A stretch of DNA of 64,000 nucleotides from a virus (Duplodnaviria > Caudoviricetes), in the IMG/VR virus record IMGVR_UViG_3300032030_000057, positions 15,509-79,508 of that record; one strand, given 5' to 3'. Positions 26,442-34,611 of the stretch are shown piece after piece. The position numbers were made by a program, and so were the translations under genes. The notes beneath the pieces were generated by a model. That model was not told where the DNA came from. It saw nothing but the letters and a program-made list of their open reading frames with translations, and made no database searches. Each line of letters opens with the position of its first letter. Position 1 is the stretch's first letter.

Positions 26442-27104
26442 ATGGAGAAAAAGAAACCAACAAACGCCCAGTTACAGAAGAGACTTGACAGGGCCGTCGT
26501 ACACGTAGACATGACAAAGAACGTGCGTTCAATATTCTTTGGAGACAAGGGACTCAGACTGACAGACGCAGATGAAGTCGTGCTTGTCCAGACTGCATTC
26601 CACACACATATATTCCAGAAGGCTACGAGCTCTGGCTACAGCCGTCCTGCACTGTATGTGGCAAGGGTTATCGACATCGCACTGTCAAACAAGGAATATG
26701 AGAGTGTGTCGAAGGCAGAGTACGGATATTCGTATTCCAAGCTGTTTGAAATCCTGAAGAAGCAGGAGGACAATACCGAGTACAATATCTGCAGATACGT
26801 CGACTGGTGGCTGTTCAATATATTCCAGCCGCTGTACCAGATTGACGAGAATGATGCGAGCCAGTTCATGACGTACTACAACTACATGAGCAACGTCGCA
26901 GCCAACACGGTCATTCTTGAGGAGCATAAGGAAGGTCTCACCAACAAGCAGTTCGTTGAACAGAGAAACAAGCTTGTTGACGAGTTCCTGAAGAACGTCA
27001 CGGAGACGACTATTCTTGAACCCATGTCTGACGAACAGCTGGCCAAGGAGAATATGAAGGCCATACAAGAAGAGGAGATTGAACAGAAACTCAAAGAGAA
27101 CTAG
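26442..27104 (+). CDS. Hypothetical protein
   Basis: 220-aa ORF. Confidence 0.85.
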   Translation: MEKKKPTNAQLQKRLDRAVVHVDMTKNVRSIFFGDKGLRLTDADEVVLVQTAFHTHIFQKATSSGYSRPALYVARVIDIALSNKEYESVSKAEYGYSYSKLFEILKKQEDNTEYNICRYVDWWLFNIFQPLYQIDENDASQFMTYYNYMSNVAANTVILEEHKEGLTNKQFVEQRNKLVDEFLKNVTETTILEPMSDEQLAKENMKAIQEEEIEQKLKEN

Positions 27105-27110
27105 ACTGCT

Positions 27111-27257
27111 ATGGAAGAATGGATGTCAGTATCGGAATATGCACGTAAGGTGGGCAAGTCTACCACCTACGTGTATTCTCTGATTCGGGATAAGAAAGTG
27201 GAATACAAATCCTTCAACCGAGGGAAATATATCGGATATCTAATCAAGAAAAATTAA
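27111..27257 (+). CDS. Small excisionase-like HTH protein (48 aa)
   Basis: WMSVSEYARKVGKSTTYVYSLIR pattern. Confidence 0.7.
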   Translation: MEEWMSVSEYARKVGKSTTYVYSLIRDKKVEYKSFNRGKYIGYLIKKN

Positions 27258-27259
27258 TT

Positions 27260-27547
27260 ATGGTAGCAAAGTCAACACAGTACTATCGCACGCATCCGAA
27301 GGCGCGTGAGAAGAAGAAGAAGTACGATAGTGAGTTCGAGAAGAAGCCTGAGCAGGTAAAGAAGCGCGTCGAGCTCAAGCGGGAGAACCGTGAGCATGAC
27401 GAGAAGTATGGCAAGGCATCTCGCAAGGGCAAGGATTTGTCACACACCTCTCATGGTCTTGTATACAAGTCAAAGTCCGTTAACAGGGGGAGTAAGTCAG
27501 ATACCGCAGGAGACCGACGTGCTCGCGGTGGCAAGAAGAAGAGATGA
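27260..27547 (+). CDS. Highly basic protein with degenerate HNH-like motif
   Basis: KDLSHT...KSVNRG; very K/R-rich. Confidence 0.7.
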   Translation: MVAKSTQYYRTHPKAREKKKKYDSEFEKKPEQVKKRVELKRENREHDEKYGKASRKGKDLSHTSHGLVYKSKSVNRGSKSDTAGDRRARGGKKKR

Positions 27548-27551
27548 GCGT

Positions 27552-27947
27552 ATGAACAACAATCTTACAAAAGGACATCTTCAAACCCTCAGGGAGAATT
27601 ACGAGAAAGCGTGTAATGAGTATATCAACACGCTTCTCAATCTCTGGGAGCTTTCACCAGAAAACGGATGGTGGGTTGGTGAGGTAGGCAGTATATATTG
27701 TCACGAAGCGAATGTATCCATGAACATGGAAGAAATAATATACTGCATAGAGCACAGTGTTAGTCTTAACACCTACTATCAATTTATCGACTACACAGAA
27801 AAATGTGACGAATACAATTTCAACCGTCTGTCTCTGAAAAGTTTCTGTGAAGGTGCTCCACGAGTACCACAAGAGACGTTCGACAGATTCGACGCTCTTA
27901 AGCAGGAATTAAATAAGTGTATTAACGACACCAAATCTAAATTCTGA
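27552..27947 (+). CDS. Hypothetical protein
   Basis: MNNNLTKG start; TGATG coupling downstream. Confidence 0.75.
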   Translation: MNNNLTKGHLQTLRENYEKACNEYINTLLNLWELSPENGWWVGEVGSIYCHEANVSMNMEEIIYCIEHSVSLNTYYQFIDYTEKCDEYNFNRLSLKSFCEGAPRVPQETFDRFDALKQELNKCINDTKSKF

Positions 27948-28123
27948 TGGCGACAAAAGCAAGGAAACGAAAAGGAAAAATCCGTATCAAGCAGAGAGTC
28001 CTTATCGAGAAGAAGGACAAGACCAATGTTGTCAGGCCTAATACGACTAGGTATCCTAAGGCAAGGACGAAGGTTCCTTCGAATGGTGTTGTGTTCAAAG
28101 TAAAGCTGAAAAAGAAACAATGA
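27947..28123 (+). CDS. Small very basic protein (58 aa)
   Basis: MATKARKRKGKIRIKQR...; coupled at both ends. Confidence 0.65.
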   Translation: MATKARKRKGKIRIKQRVLIEKKDKTNVVRPNTTRYPKARTKVPSNGVVFKVKLKKKQ

Positions 28124-28536
28124 TTCACAATCTTGCAAACGGAGCAAGACGGTATCTTATCCGTATTGGAAAAGCACTTCCGTTCTTGCTCTGTTTTATT
28201 CTGTCTATATGTTACGCAGAAAACGCGTTTTCTTTGGCCACAGGACGTTTTCTAGAGTTCGATGGATACATTATACTATCGACGCCGATTTCGACGTTTA
28301 TAGCCGAGTTTTTCGAGTACGACATTTTGATTGTGATTATTACACTTATCGTAAGCATAGCAATCGAGGCCTGTAAGTGGAACCTGTGGGCGACGTTCTA
28401 TCTGGGTGTCCATCTGGCAGAGAAATCATACTTTACCTTTGAGCTCGAAATATGGCAGATATGGGTCATAATTTGCGGAAATTTCCTCGTATCTGTATTA
28501 TTTTGTTATAAAGGAATGAAAATTTTAGTTAAATAG
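28120..28536 (+). CDS. Multi-pass membrane protein
   Basis: About four hydrophobic segments. Confidence 0.8.
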   Translation: MIHNLANGARRYLIRIGKALPFLLCFILSICYAENAFSLATGRFLEFDGYIILSTPISTFIAEFFEYDILIVIITLIVSIAIEACKWNLWATFYLGVHLAEKSYFTFELEIWQIWVIICGNFLVSVLFCYKGMKILVK

Positions 28537-28592
28537 TGTTTCAAAATTTGCATATATAAAATATTATTCCGAATTTTGCAGCGTGAAACAAG

Positions 28593-28719
28593 GTGGCGTA
28601 CTTGTGTAACGGACATACGAATTATCATTTGAAGGCTCAAGCCAGACAATATAAAAACGATTTCCAACAGAAGTGACGCCACACCGAAGTTGGATTTCTT
28701 GTTTTATAAGGTCTGGCTT
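28593..28719 (+). promoter_or_regulatory. Structured leader: seed GTGGCGT plus long hairpin carrying the complementary ACGCCAC in its loop
   Basis: aagccagac/gtctggctt, ataaaaac/gttttat, tccaac/gttgga stems after a promoter-like site at 28547-28578. Confidence 0.6.
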
Positions 28720-29134
28720 TTCTTGTTTTCACTCGCTAAGACAATAGCAAGAAACATGGTGCAAGTCATACGATATTGTGAGTCAAAGCCGTCAACGCAG
28801 GGATTATCGGGGTCATCTTACGTTTACCCTGTAGGACGAAAAGAACCGCCAAAAGGAACATGGGATATATGCACGAATGGCGGACGCTGATGGAATAAGG
28901 ATGCGTGTGCGCAAGTGGAAATTTGTAAAGCCTGACACCCGACGTTTGAACCACCAACCGAGGGGCGATTGAAAAAGCCGATTCCCTAATGCGGAGTTTC
29001 AAGAGCAAAATCATCCAATTCTCACCGCTGAATTAATTTTCTCGGTGGGTAAGGGGATGATTTGCGAAATCCCCTACACTTAAACCCTTTGCGGTTAATG
29101 TTTTAGTATGATAATAATTTAAACAATATAATAT

Positions 29135-29587
29135 ATGACAAAAGAAGAAAAACTTAAAGAACTTATAAATCATGTTGAAAAACTTGGTTTAAAGTATTCA
29201 AAGACAAAGTTTCCAGAAATGCACTCTTGTCATCTTTTTGTTTTGCCGTACAAAATTGCAGTACACCTTTGCGGTATAAATGATGACGAGTTTCGGAAGA
29301 AATACAAAAAACGTATATTTATACATGACGACATTTCTATTGAAGATATTATCCACAACTTTGATGAATTAGCAAGCAAACTTGATTGGGCTTACGAACA
29401 TCGTGACGAAATTCGAGCAAAGAAAGAAAAGAATATGCAGTATCATCAAGAATGTTGGCAGCGTCACCTTGACAGACTTGCACGACGTGAGACACACGAA
29501 AAGAAAATGGCTGAGATAAAAGCAAAGAAAGAAGCAGAAAAACCAAAGCGTAAACGTCAAAGAATTGTTAGATACGAAAAAGTGTAA
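29135..29587 (+). CDS. Basic hypothetical protein
   Basis: 150-aa ORF, charged C-terminal helix. Confidence 0.8.
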   Translation: MTKEEKLKELINHVEKLGLKYSKTKFPEMHSCHLFVLPYKIAVHLCGINDDEFRKKYKKRIFIHDDISIEDIIHNFDELASKLDWAYEHRDEIRAKKEKNMQYHQECWQRHLDRLARRETHEKKMAEIKAKKEAEKPKRKRQRIVRYEKV

Positions 29588-29605
29588 TATTAAATAATAC
29601 AAAAT

Positions 29606-30340
29606 ATGGAGATAAAAGGAAAAGTACATTGTTTCTTCGAGCAGTCGGGGACGTTCAAGCGAGAGTTCATCAAATTGGGCATACCTGCCGAGGACTACGA
29701 CATTCAGAACAACTTCGGAGAGACTGACCATGTTACGGATTTATTCGGAGCAATAGATGATGCTTACGACGGGAACCCGTCAATAATAGACACGGTTACT
29801 GAGGATGACTTAATCATAGCATTTTATCCGTGCGTTTACTTTTGCCAGATGTCGCAATACATGCAATCGTTAAACTCCGTCAACTATCGGTCACTAACCG
29901 ATGCACAAGCCATTGACAAGATAATCGAAAGGCAGATGAAACGAAACGAATATCTTGTAAGACTTACGAAGTTTGTAGGGGTTTGCCTTCGTCGAAATCT
30001 TCGCATGATATTCGAGAATCCAATAACGGGGTCATTCCTTAACAATTACTTCCTGAAATCGCCAACTATCAAAGACAATAATCGAATGATGCGAGGCGAT
30101 TACTACGTGAAGCCAACTGGCTACTGGTATTGGAATTGTGAGCCTACATACGGACAAAGTATTCAGCATGACAAGGAGCAAAAGTTGATAGACAAAGCAG
30201 AAAGCAGATGGACGCAAACTGCTGGCTTATGCTCCGAAGAGCGCAGCATGATTTCGCCCGACTATGCCCGCAACTTCATCTGCGACTTCATCATCGGCAA
30301 AGAGCAAGAGCAACTTGGAATACAACTTTCACTATTTTAA
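29606..30340 (+). CDS. Putative compact phage DNA cytosine methyltransferase
   Basis: CFFEQSG (SAM-binding-like), IIAFYPC (catalytic PC), MIFENP, KPTGYW, RSMISP. Confidence 0.6.
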   Translation: MEIKGKVHCFFEQSGTFKREFIKLGIPAEDYDIQNNFGETDHVTDLFGAIDDAYDGNPSIIDTVTEDDLIIAFYPCVYFCQMSQYMQSLNSVNYRSLTDAQAIDKIIERQMKRNEYLVRLTKFVGVCLRRNLRMIFENPITGSFLNNYFLKSPTIKDNNRMMRGDYYVKPTGYWYWNCEPTYGQSIQHDKEQKLIDKAESRWTQTAGLCSEERSMISPDYARNFICDFIIGKEQEQLGIQLSLF

Positions 30341-30381
30341 TAATACACAATATATTATTAACAAAAAAAAAAGTAACGATT

Positions 30382-30579
30382 ATGAAAATTAACAAGACGT
30401 TAGTAAAGAACATTATTAAGTCGATTTTCTTGAACGACAATTTGTTCTCGGTAATTGGAGTGGTAGCTGGTGTTGTCGATGGTCTTATCCGCTATTTCTG
30501 CGGACAGACCGACAAGGCAATCTTTTGGATTTTGGTTGCGTTGGTATGTCTTATGAACCTTAAGGAAACGCCAAAATGA
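30382..30579 (+). CDS. Small two-TM membrane protein
   Basis: LFSVIGVVAGVV...AIFWILVALVCL. Confidence 0.7.
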   Translation: MKINKTLVKNIIKSIFLNDNLFSVIGVVAGVVDGLIRYFCGQTDKAIFWILVALVCLMNLKETPK

Positions 30580-30763
30580 AGCATTTTAAGGCTACTATCA
30601 AGGAAAATGGGAGTGATGGCGTGATTCGTCACGCCTTCCCAGAACAAACAATAAGGCTATGGATTTGATATTCTATGCACTACTGATAATCTCGCTTGCC
30701 TACCTCTTTGTTAGCGCAGGCGACGAAGGAAATGGAAACGAATGATAAAAAGACAACAAGGCT

Positions 30764-31147
30764 ATGGAAGAAATAAGATTTGGAGACATCAAGAAAATGG
30801 ACTACAACGACGATTTGTTGTTCAAGTACGTTCTTGTTGACTTACTATACAAAAAATTGATTGACGTAAACTTTGTACTTTCATGCTACACGGATGCGCT
30901 TGACAAGGAACGCCACCTGAATACTATGCGTTTCAACGAGGCTTGTGTTAATCTCACACAGATGCTTGGAGGTAATTTCAAGGGCAAGGAAAAGCAAAAA
31001 GCAATTAAGCGTGCTATTCACACATTCAACCTCAATACAACGCTTGTGCCGCACGTACACGACAAAAAATACGGGTACACTTGCGAGGACGAAAAAGAGT
31101 GGGATGAATTTTGTAAGAACATATACGGAACAGATTTAAGAAAATAA
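30764..31147 (+). CDS. Hypothetical protein
   Basis: 127-aa ORF. Confidence 0.8.
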   Translation: MEEIRFGDIKKMDYNDDLLFKYVLVDLLYKKLIDVNFVLSCYTDALDKERHLNTMRFNEACVNLTQMLGGNFKGKEKQKAIKRAIHTFNLNTTLVPHVHDKKYGYTCEDEKEWDEFCKNIYGTDLRK

Positions 31148-31148
31148 C

Positions 31149-31538
31149 ATGCAGGAAATCAACGACAGGGCATACACATTGAGACTGGAACCTATACCAG
31201 ATAACGGTAATGGTAAGTTCAGGAAAGGACACACTCCTTGGAATAAGGGGATGACTTGGAAGGAGATGGGTATGACTGATGAGCAGATGCAGAGTAAGAT
31301 TGCCATCCTGAGGGAGAACAAAAAGAAGAATACCTACGCCCACATCCCTGACTTGGTTGCCATGCATGAGAAGCCAGTCATACAGATGGATGAGTACGGC
31401 AACAAGCTTCACTGGTACAGGTCGAGCGCACAGGCAGCTCGGAAACTCGGACTCATAGGCAGGAATATTAGGAAGGTGTGCAGCGGAGAGAGATACAGCT
31501 GCGGAGGCTTTAGATGGAAGTTTGATGAGAGATTTTAG
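31149..31538 (+). CDS. NUMOD3/NUMOD1-type DNA-binding protein without nuclease domain
   Basis: GKFRKGHTPWNKG; KPVIQMDEYG...YRSSAQAARKLG...CGGFRW. Confidence 0.8.
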   Translation: MQEINDRAYTLRLEPIPDNGNGKFRKGHTPWNKGMTWKEMGMTDEQMQSKIAILRENKKKNTYAHIPDLVAMHEKPVIQMDEYGNKLHWYRSSAQAARKLGLIGRNIRKVCSGERYSCGGFRWKFDERF

Positions 31539-31566
31539 GTGCTGAACGAAAAAAGTTCCAGAAATA

Positions 31567-31598
31567 TTTGGAATATTCAAACAAAGTTCGTATCTTTG
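31567..31598 (+). promoter_or_regulatory. Promoter for the RNA array / replication-accessory operon
   Basis: TTTG-GAATATTCAAA...TATCTTTG, 20-nt spacer. Confidence 0.85.
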
Positions 31599-31651
31599 CA
31601 GACGAATAGGATTTTTTGCTATAAATAAAGTATTTAAAGGTTAATACTACC

Positions 31652-31935
31652 AAGCCAAGGTGCTGTGAAGCATAGTAGGCTTTTACGAAGTGAAATGTGT
31701 GCTTATAAATTATATATAAATGATTTTACTCGATTAGTTACACAGCCGAGCGAGGTTTACGTAGAATGTGGTGATTTCATATTCTTTATAGTTTTTACAG
31801 CCGATACATTGTGAAATGCAGTAGGCTTTGTATTGGATTCATTATCCTTCAAAACAACATATCTATATTTTTCTGCTAATTGATTAATAAAGATGAGTTG
31901 TCTCAAGCTGAGGCGTTGCGAAATGTAGTAAGCTT
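31652..31935 (+). ncRNA. Array of 3 (plus 1 degenerate) conserved hairpins: AGCY-RA(G)-stem[UGYGAA]stem-AGUA-RGCU
   Basis: Copies at 31652-31682, 31799-31827, 31905-31935 with compensatory inner stems. Confidence 0.65.
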
Positions 31936-31946
31936 TGAACAGATAT

Positions 31947-32017
31947 CGCGGTAGCAGTGTGACAGTCGCATGCTGGGCTCATAATCCAGAGGTGGGAGGC
32001 AGGTTCCACTACCGCAA
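31947..32017 (+). tRNA. Atypical tRNA-fMet(CAT)-like gene with non-canonical D and T arms
   Basis: C1:A72 mismatch, GCGGTAG/CTACCGC acceptor stem, CTGGG-CTCATAA-TCCAG anticodon arm; no TTCRA, no GG D-loop, no encoded CCA. Confidence 0.7.
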
Positions 32018-32048
32018 CAAATAATTTCACGGAAACAATTGTTAAGCT

Positions 32049-33203
32049 ATGAAGATTTCATTTAAAGTAGACGACGTACTTCCTATGATGTCGCAGGCGG
32101 CATCCGTCGTCAATCCAAAGTCACCGATTCCTGTCCTTACCAGCCTTGTCATCAAGACACGTAAGAAGACTGGGAACGCAACAGTCACCGCGTCCGACAG
32201 CAACACATGGATAGACATGCTCATGCCTCTTGTCGGAGAGGAGAAAGGTGATGATTTTGCATTCACCGTAAACTCGAAAGACTTTGTCGCGGCCCTGAAG
32301 AATCTGTCTGGCAAGACGGTCACACTTGAGCTCAACGAAGAGTCTCACATTGCAAAGGTTACGTACGACAACGGTTATTTCAATATACCGTACGACTCTG
32401 CGAACGACTTCCCGAGGCCAGTGCCAAGCACGGGAAACAGCGTAGAGTGCTTGGTGGATGCAGGCGTTTTGTACGATGCGATATCTTCGGTTGTATTTGC
32501 GGCGGCATCCAATCTCGTAACCATGCCTTATCTTAACGGAATACATATAGACGTAAGAAATGACATGCTTGTCGCTATTGCTTCAGACTTCAACCACGTG
32601 GTGCTGTTCAAGGACCATTCGGTACGTTCTGACACAGACACTGGAGACGGAATCAATATACCTAACAAGCCAGCGCGTATCGTCGAGTCGATTACGAAGA
32701 ATACTGAAGGTGTCGTAAAGCTTTCGTTCTGCGACAACACGTTCTCTGTTTCATGTATGTACTACAGGGTGATATCACTGCTCAACGAAGGCAACTATCC
32801 AGACTTCAACAGGATTCTTCCGAAGGAGAGCCCAATCAATGTCACTCTGACAAGAGAAGACCTCCTGTCTGCATTAAAGAGAATACAGCCGATGAGCAAC
32901 ACGGCCAGCGAGCTCGTCGTATTCAACTTTACGGAAGGCAACCTCAATATCAGCGTTGAGGATGTTGACTTCTCAAAGTCGGCAGGAGAGGACATCAAGT
33001 GCGACTATACTGGAGACGGTTTCCGTATAGGACTCAAGTACAGCTACATGGTATCCCTTCTTTCAAACCTGTCTGGCGATAACGTTACCATGAAGATGTC
33101 GCTTCCACAGAAGCCAGTCGTAATTGTTCCAGATTCTCAGGGAGAGACCAGAGAGGTTATATCAATTGTCATGCCCATGAAACTTAACGGAGATGTACAA
33201 TGA
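32049..33203 (+). CDS. dnaN: DNA polymerase III beta sliding clamp homolog
   Basis: PIPVLTSLVI, TASDS, FPRP, YLNGIHI, ASDFNH, LNEGNYPDFNRILP, IGLKYSYM. Confidence 0.92.
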   Translation: MKISFKVDDVLPMMSQAASVVNPKSPIPVLTSLVIKTRKKTGNATVTASDSNTWIDMLMPLVGEEKGDDFAFTVNSKDFVAALKNLSGKTVTLELNEESHIAKVTYDNGYFNIPYDSANDFPRPVPSTGNSVECLVDAGVLYDAISSVVFAAASNLVTMPYLNGIHIDVRNDMLVAIASDFNHVVLFKDHSVRSDTDTGDGINIPNKPARIVESITKNTEGVVKLSFCDNTFSVSCMYYRVISLLNEGNYPDFNRILPKESPINVTLTREDLLSALKRIQPMSNTASELVVFNFTEGNLNISVEDVDFSKSAGEDIKCDYTGDGFRIGLKYSYMVSLLSNLSGDNVTMKMSLPQKPVVIVPDSQGETREVISIVMPMKLNGDVQ

Positions 33204-33303
33204 ACAACAATACGCCTACACTCATGCAGAGCGAAGAGGAGCGTGCTCCTTGGAACCAGCCTTTGAATGAACTTTACGACTGGTGCGATAAAGAGGAAGA
33301 CGA

Positions 33304-33747
33304 ATGAAAGACGACATCGTAAGCGGATACGTGGAGCGCAAAGGAGAGGGCCGATACGAGGGCGAGATTCTCGTCGAGCGTGTCGACCTGTCTCCTATTG
33401 AGGCTGTGTTTTTCAAGCAGAAAGAGGATATGTATCTCTGGCTGAAAAGAAAGCCTGTTCTCGAATATGACAGGAAGGCGATGAAATACAATGAACGCCA
33501 TCGTAACCCACAGTGGGAATGCTTCCTGAAGAAACAGATGGACGGAGACGCAGTGGCGTACAAAGGCGAGTTCGTATTCATGCATTTCAAATTCTCTATC
33601 GTAGGCGTATGGGATACCGTTCTCGGAACAGACAAGAAGGCAAGACTTAACCTGTTCGTTGAACGTATGCCGATGTCACAGCAGACTATCATAAACAGTA
33701 TAAACGAAAGGAAAAAGAATGAAACAGGACGAGGAAATAAGGGATGA
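33304..33747 (+). CDS. Hypothetical protein
   Basis: 147-aa ORF. Confidence 0.8.
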   Translation: MKDDIVSGYVERKGEGRYEGEILVERVDLSPIEAVFFKQKEDMYLWLKRKPVLEYDRKAMKYNERHRNPQWECFLKKQMDGDAVAYKGEFVFMHFKFSIVGVWDTVLGTDKKARLNLFVERMPMSQQTIINSINERKKNETGRGNKG

Positions 33748-34225
33748 GTTAATTGCAAAGGAACACAGCAGTACGGAGGATATATGCAGGCTCCTGAGAG
33801 AGCATGAAAGCGATATCCATTCGTACCTTGCACAGTTCGTTGCCTCCATCTGCGATGTCGACATAGACCGTATGATGAACGACTGTGGAGATAACGCGAG
33901 ATATACTGCACAATGCAGGTGGCTTTTCTGGCTTGCATACAGGTATCTGACAAGCGAGCCATACGGAAAGATGGCAGAGAGGTTGGGAAAATACGGCAAG
34001 AAATTCACAACTTCTGGAATCAACTTCGGCGTCAATAAGATGTCGCAGATGGTCGACGAGGATACCGTCTGGAAAAAACGCTGGATAATGGTCAAGAGAA
34101 TCGTCAGGATATACAACGAGTCAACCAATATTCCGATGCAGACCGAACGCCAGCGTGACAGCATAAAGATTGTCATATATAAGCCAGCAGACGCGGATGT
34201 AAAAGTCGAATTCAAAAATGAGTAG
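33719..34225 (+). CDS. DnaA domain IV (C-terminal HTH)-like DNA-binding protein
   Basis: VASICDVDIDRMM...AQCRWLFWLAYRYLTSEPYGKMAERLG...TTSGINFGVNKM parallels ARQIAMYL.RELT..SLPEIG..FG.RDHTTV.HAV.KI. Confidence 0.65.
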   Translation: MKQDEEIRDELIAKEHSSTEDICRLLREHESDIHSYLAQFVASICDVDIDRMMNDCGDNARYTAQCRWLFWLAYRYLTSEPYGKMAERLGKYGKKFTTSGINFGVNKMSQMVDEDTVWKKRWIMVKRIVRIYNESTNIPMQTERQRDSIKIVIYKPADADVKVEFKNE

Positions 34226-34610
34226 CATGAAACATGAACAAGTAATATACGGACAAGCTCCATCAAAAGCTAACACATACCGAATCATTACCATAAACGG
34301 TCATGGCAGTCTTGGAAAAACAACTGCAATGAAGAAGTATGAGCATGATTTTTTTCTTCAGTGTGGAGCATACCGTAACAAGAAAATAAGCGGATTTTTT
34401 GAGCTGTACTTGGATGTATACTTTAAGAGTAACCAACCAGACCTTGATAATTCGCTTAAAGTGATTTTGGATTGTCTACAGGAATGTAAGGCCATTAAGA
34501 ATGACCGCAACTGCGTAAAGATTGTGGCTAATAAATTTGTCGACAAAAATAATCCGAGAATCGAATTTACAATCGTAGAAGTAGGAAAACAAGCAACAGA
34601 GGACAAATAA
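34218..34610 (+). CDS. rusA: RusA-family Holliday junction resolvase
   Basis: APSKAN, PDLDNSLKVILDCLQ...IKNDR...PRIEFTI. Confidence 0.9.
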   Translation: MSSMKHEQVIYGQAPSKANTYRIITINGHGSLGKTTAMKKYEHDFFLQCGAYRNKKISGFFELYLDVYFKSNQPDLDNSLKVILDCLQECKAIKNDRNCVKIVANKFVDKNNPRIEFTIVEVGKQATEDK

Positions 34611-34611
34611 T

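Noticed and set aside
28820-28900. Hammerhead ribozyme (GAAA ... CTGATGG)
   Set aside because: Core is CUGAUGG rather than CUGANGA and only one stem lies between the conserved segments
29349-29357. Perfect DnaA boxes here and at 62365-62373
   Set aside because: Single copies inside coding sequence, compatible with chance
31652-31935. Mini CRISPR array
   Set aside because: Units conserve structure rather than exact sequence, spacers are irregular, and no cas genes are present
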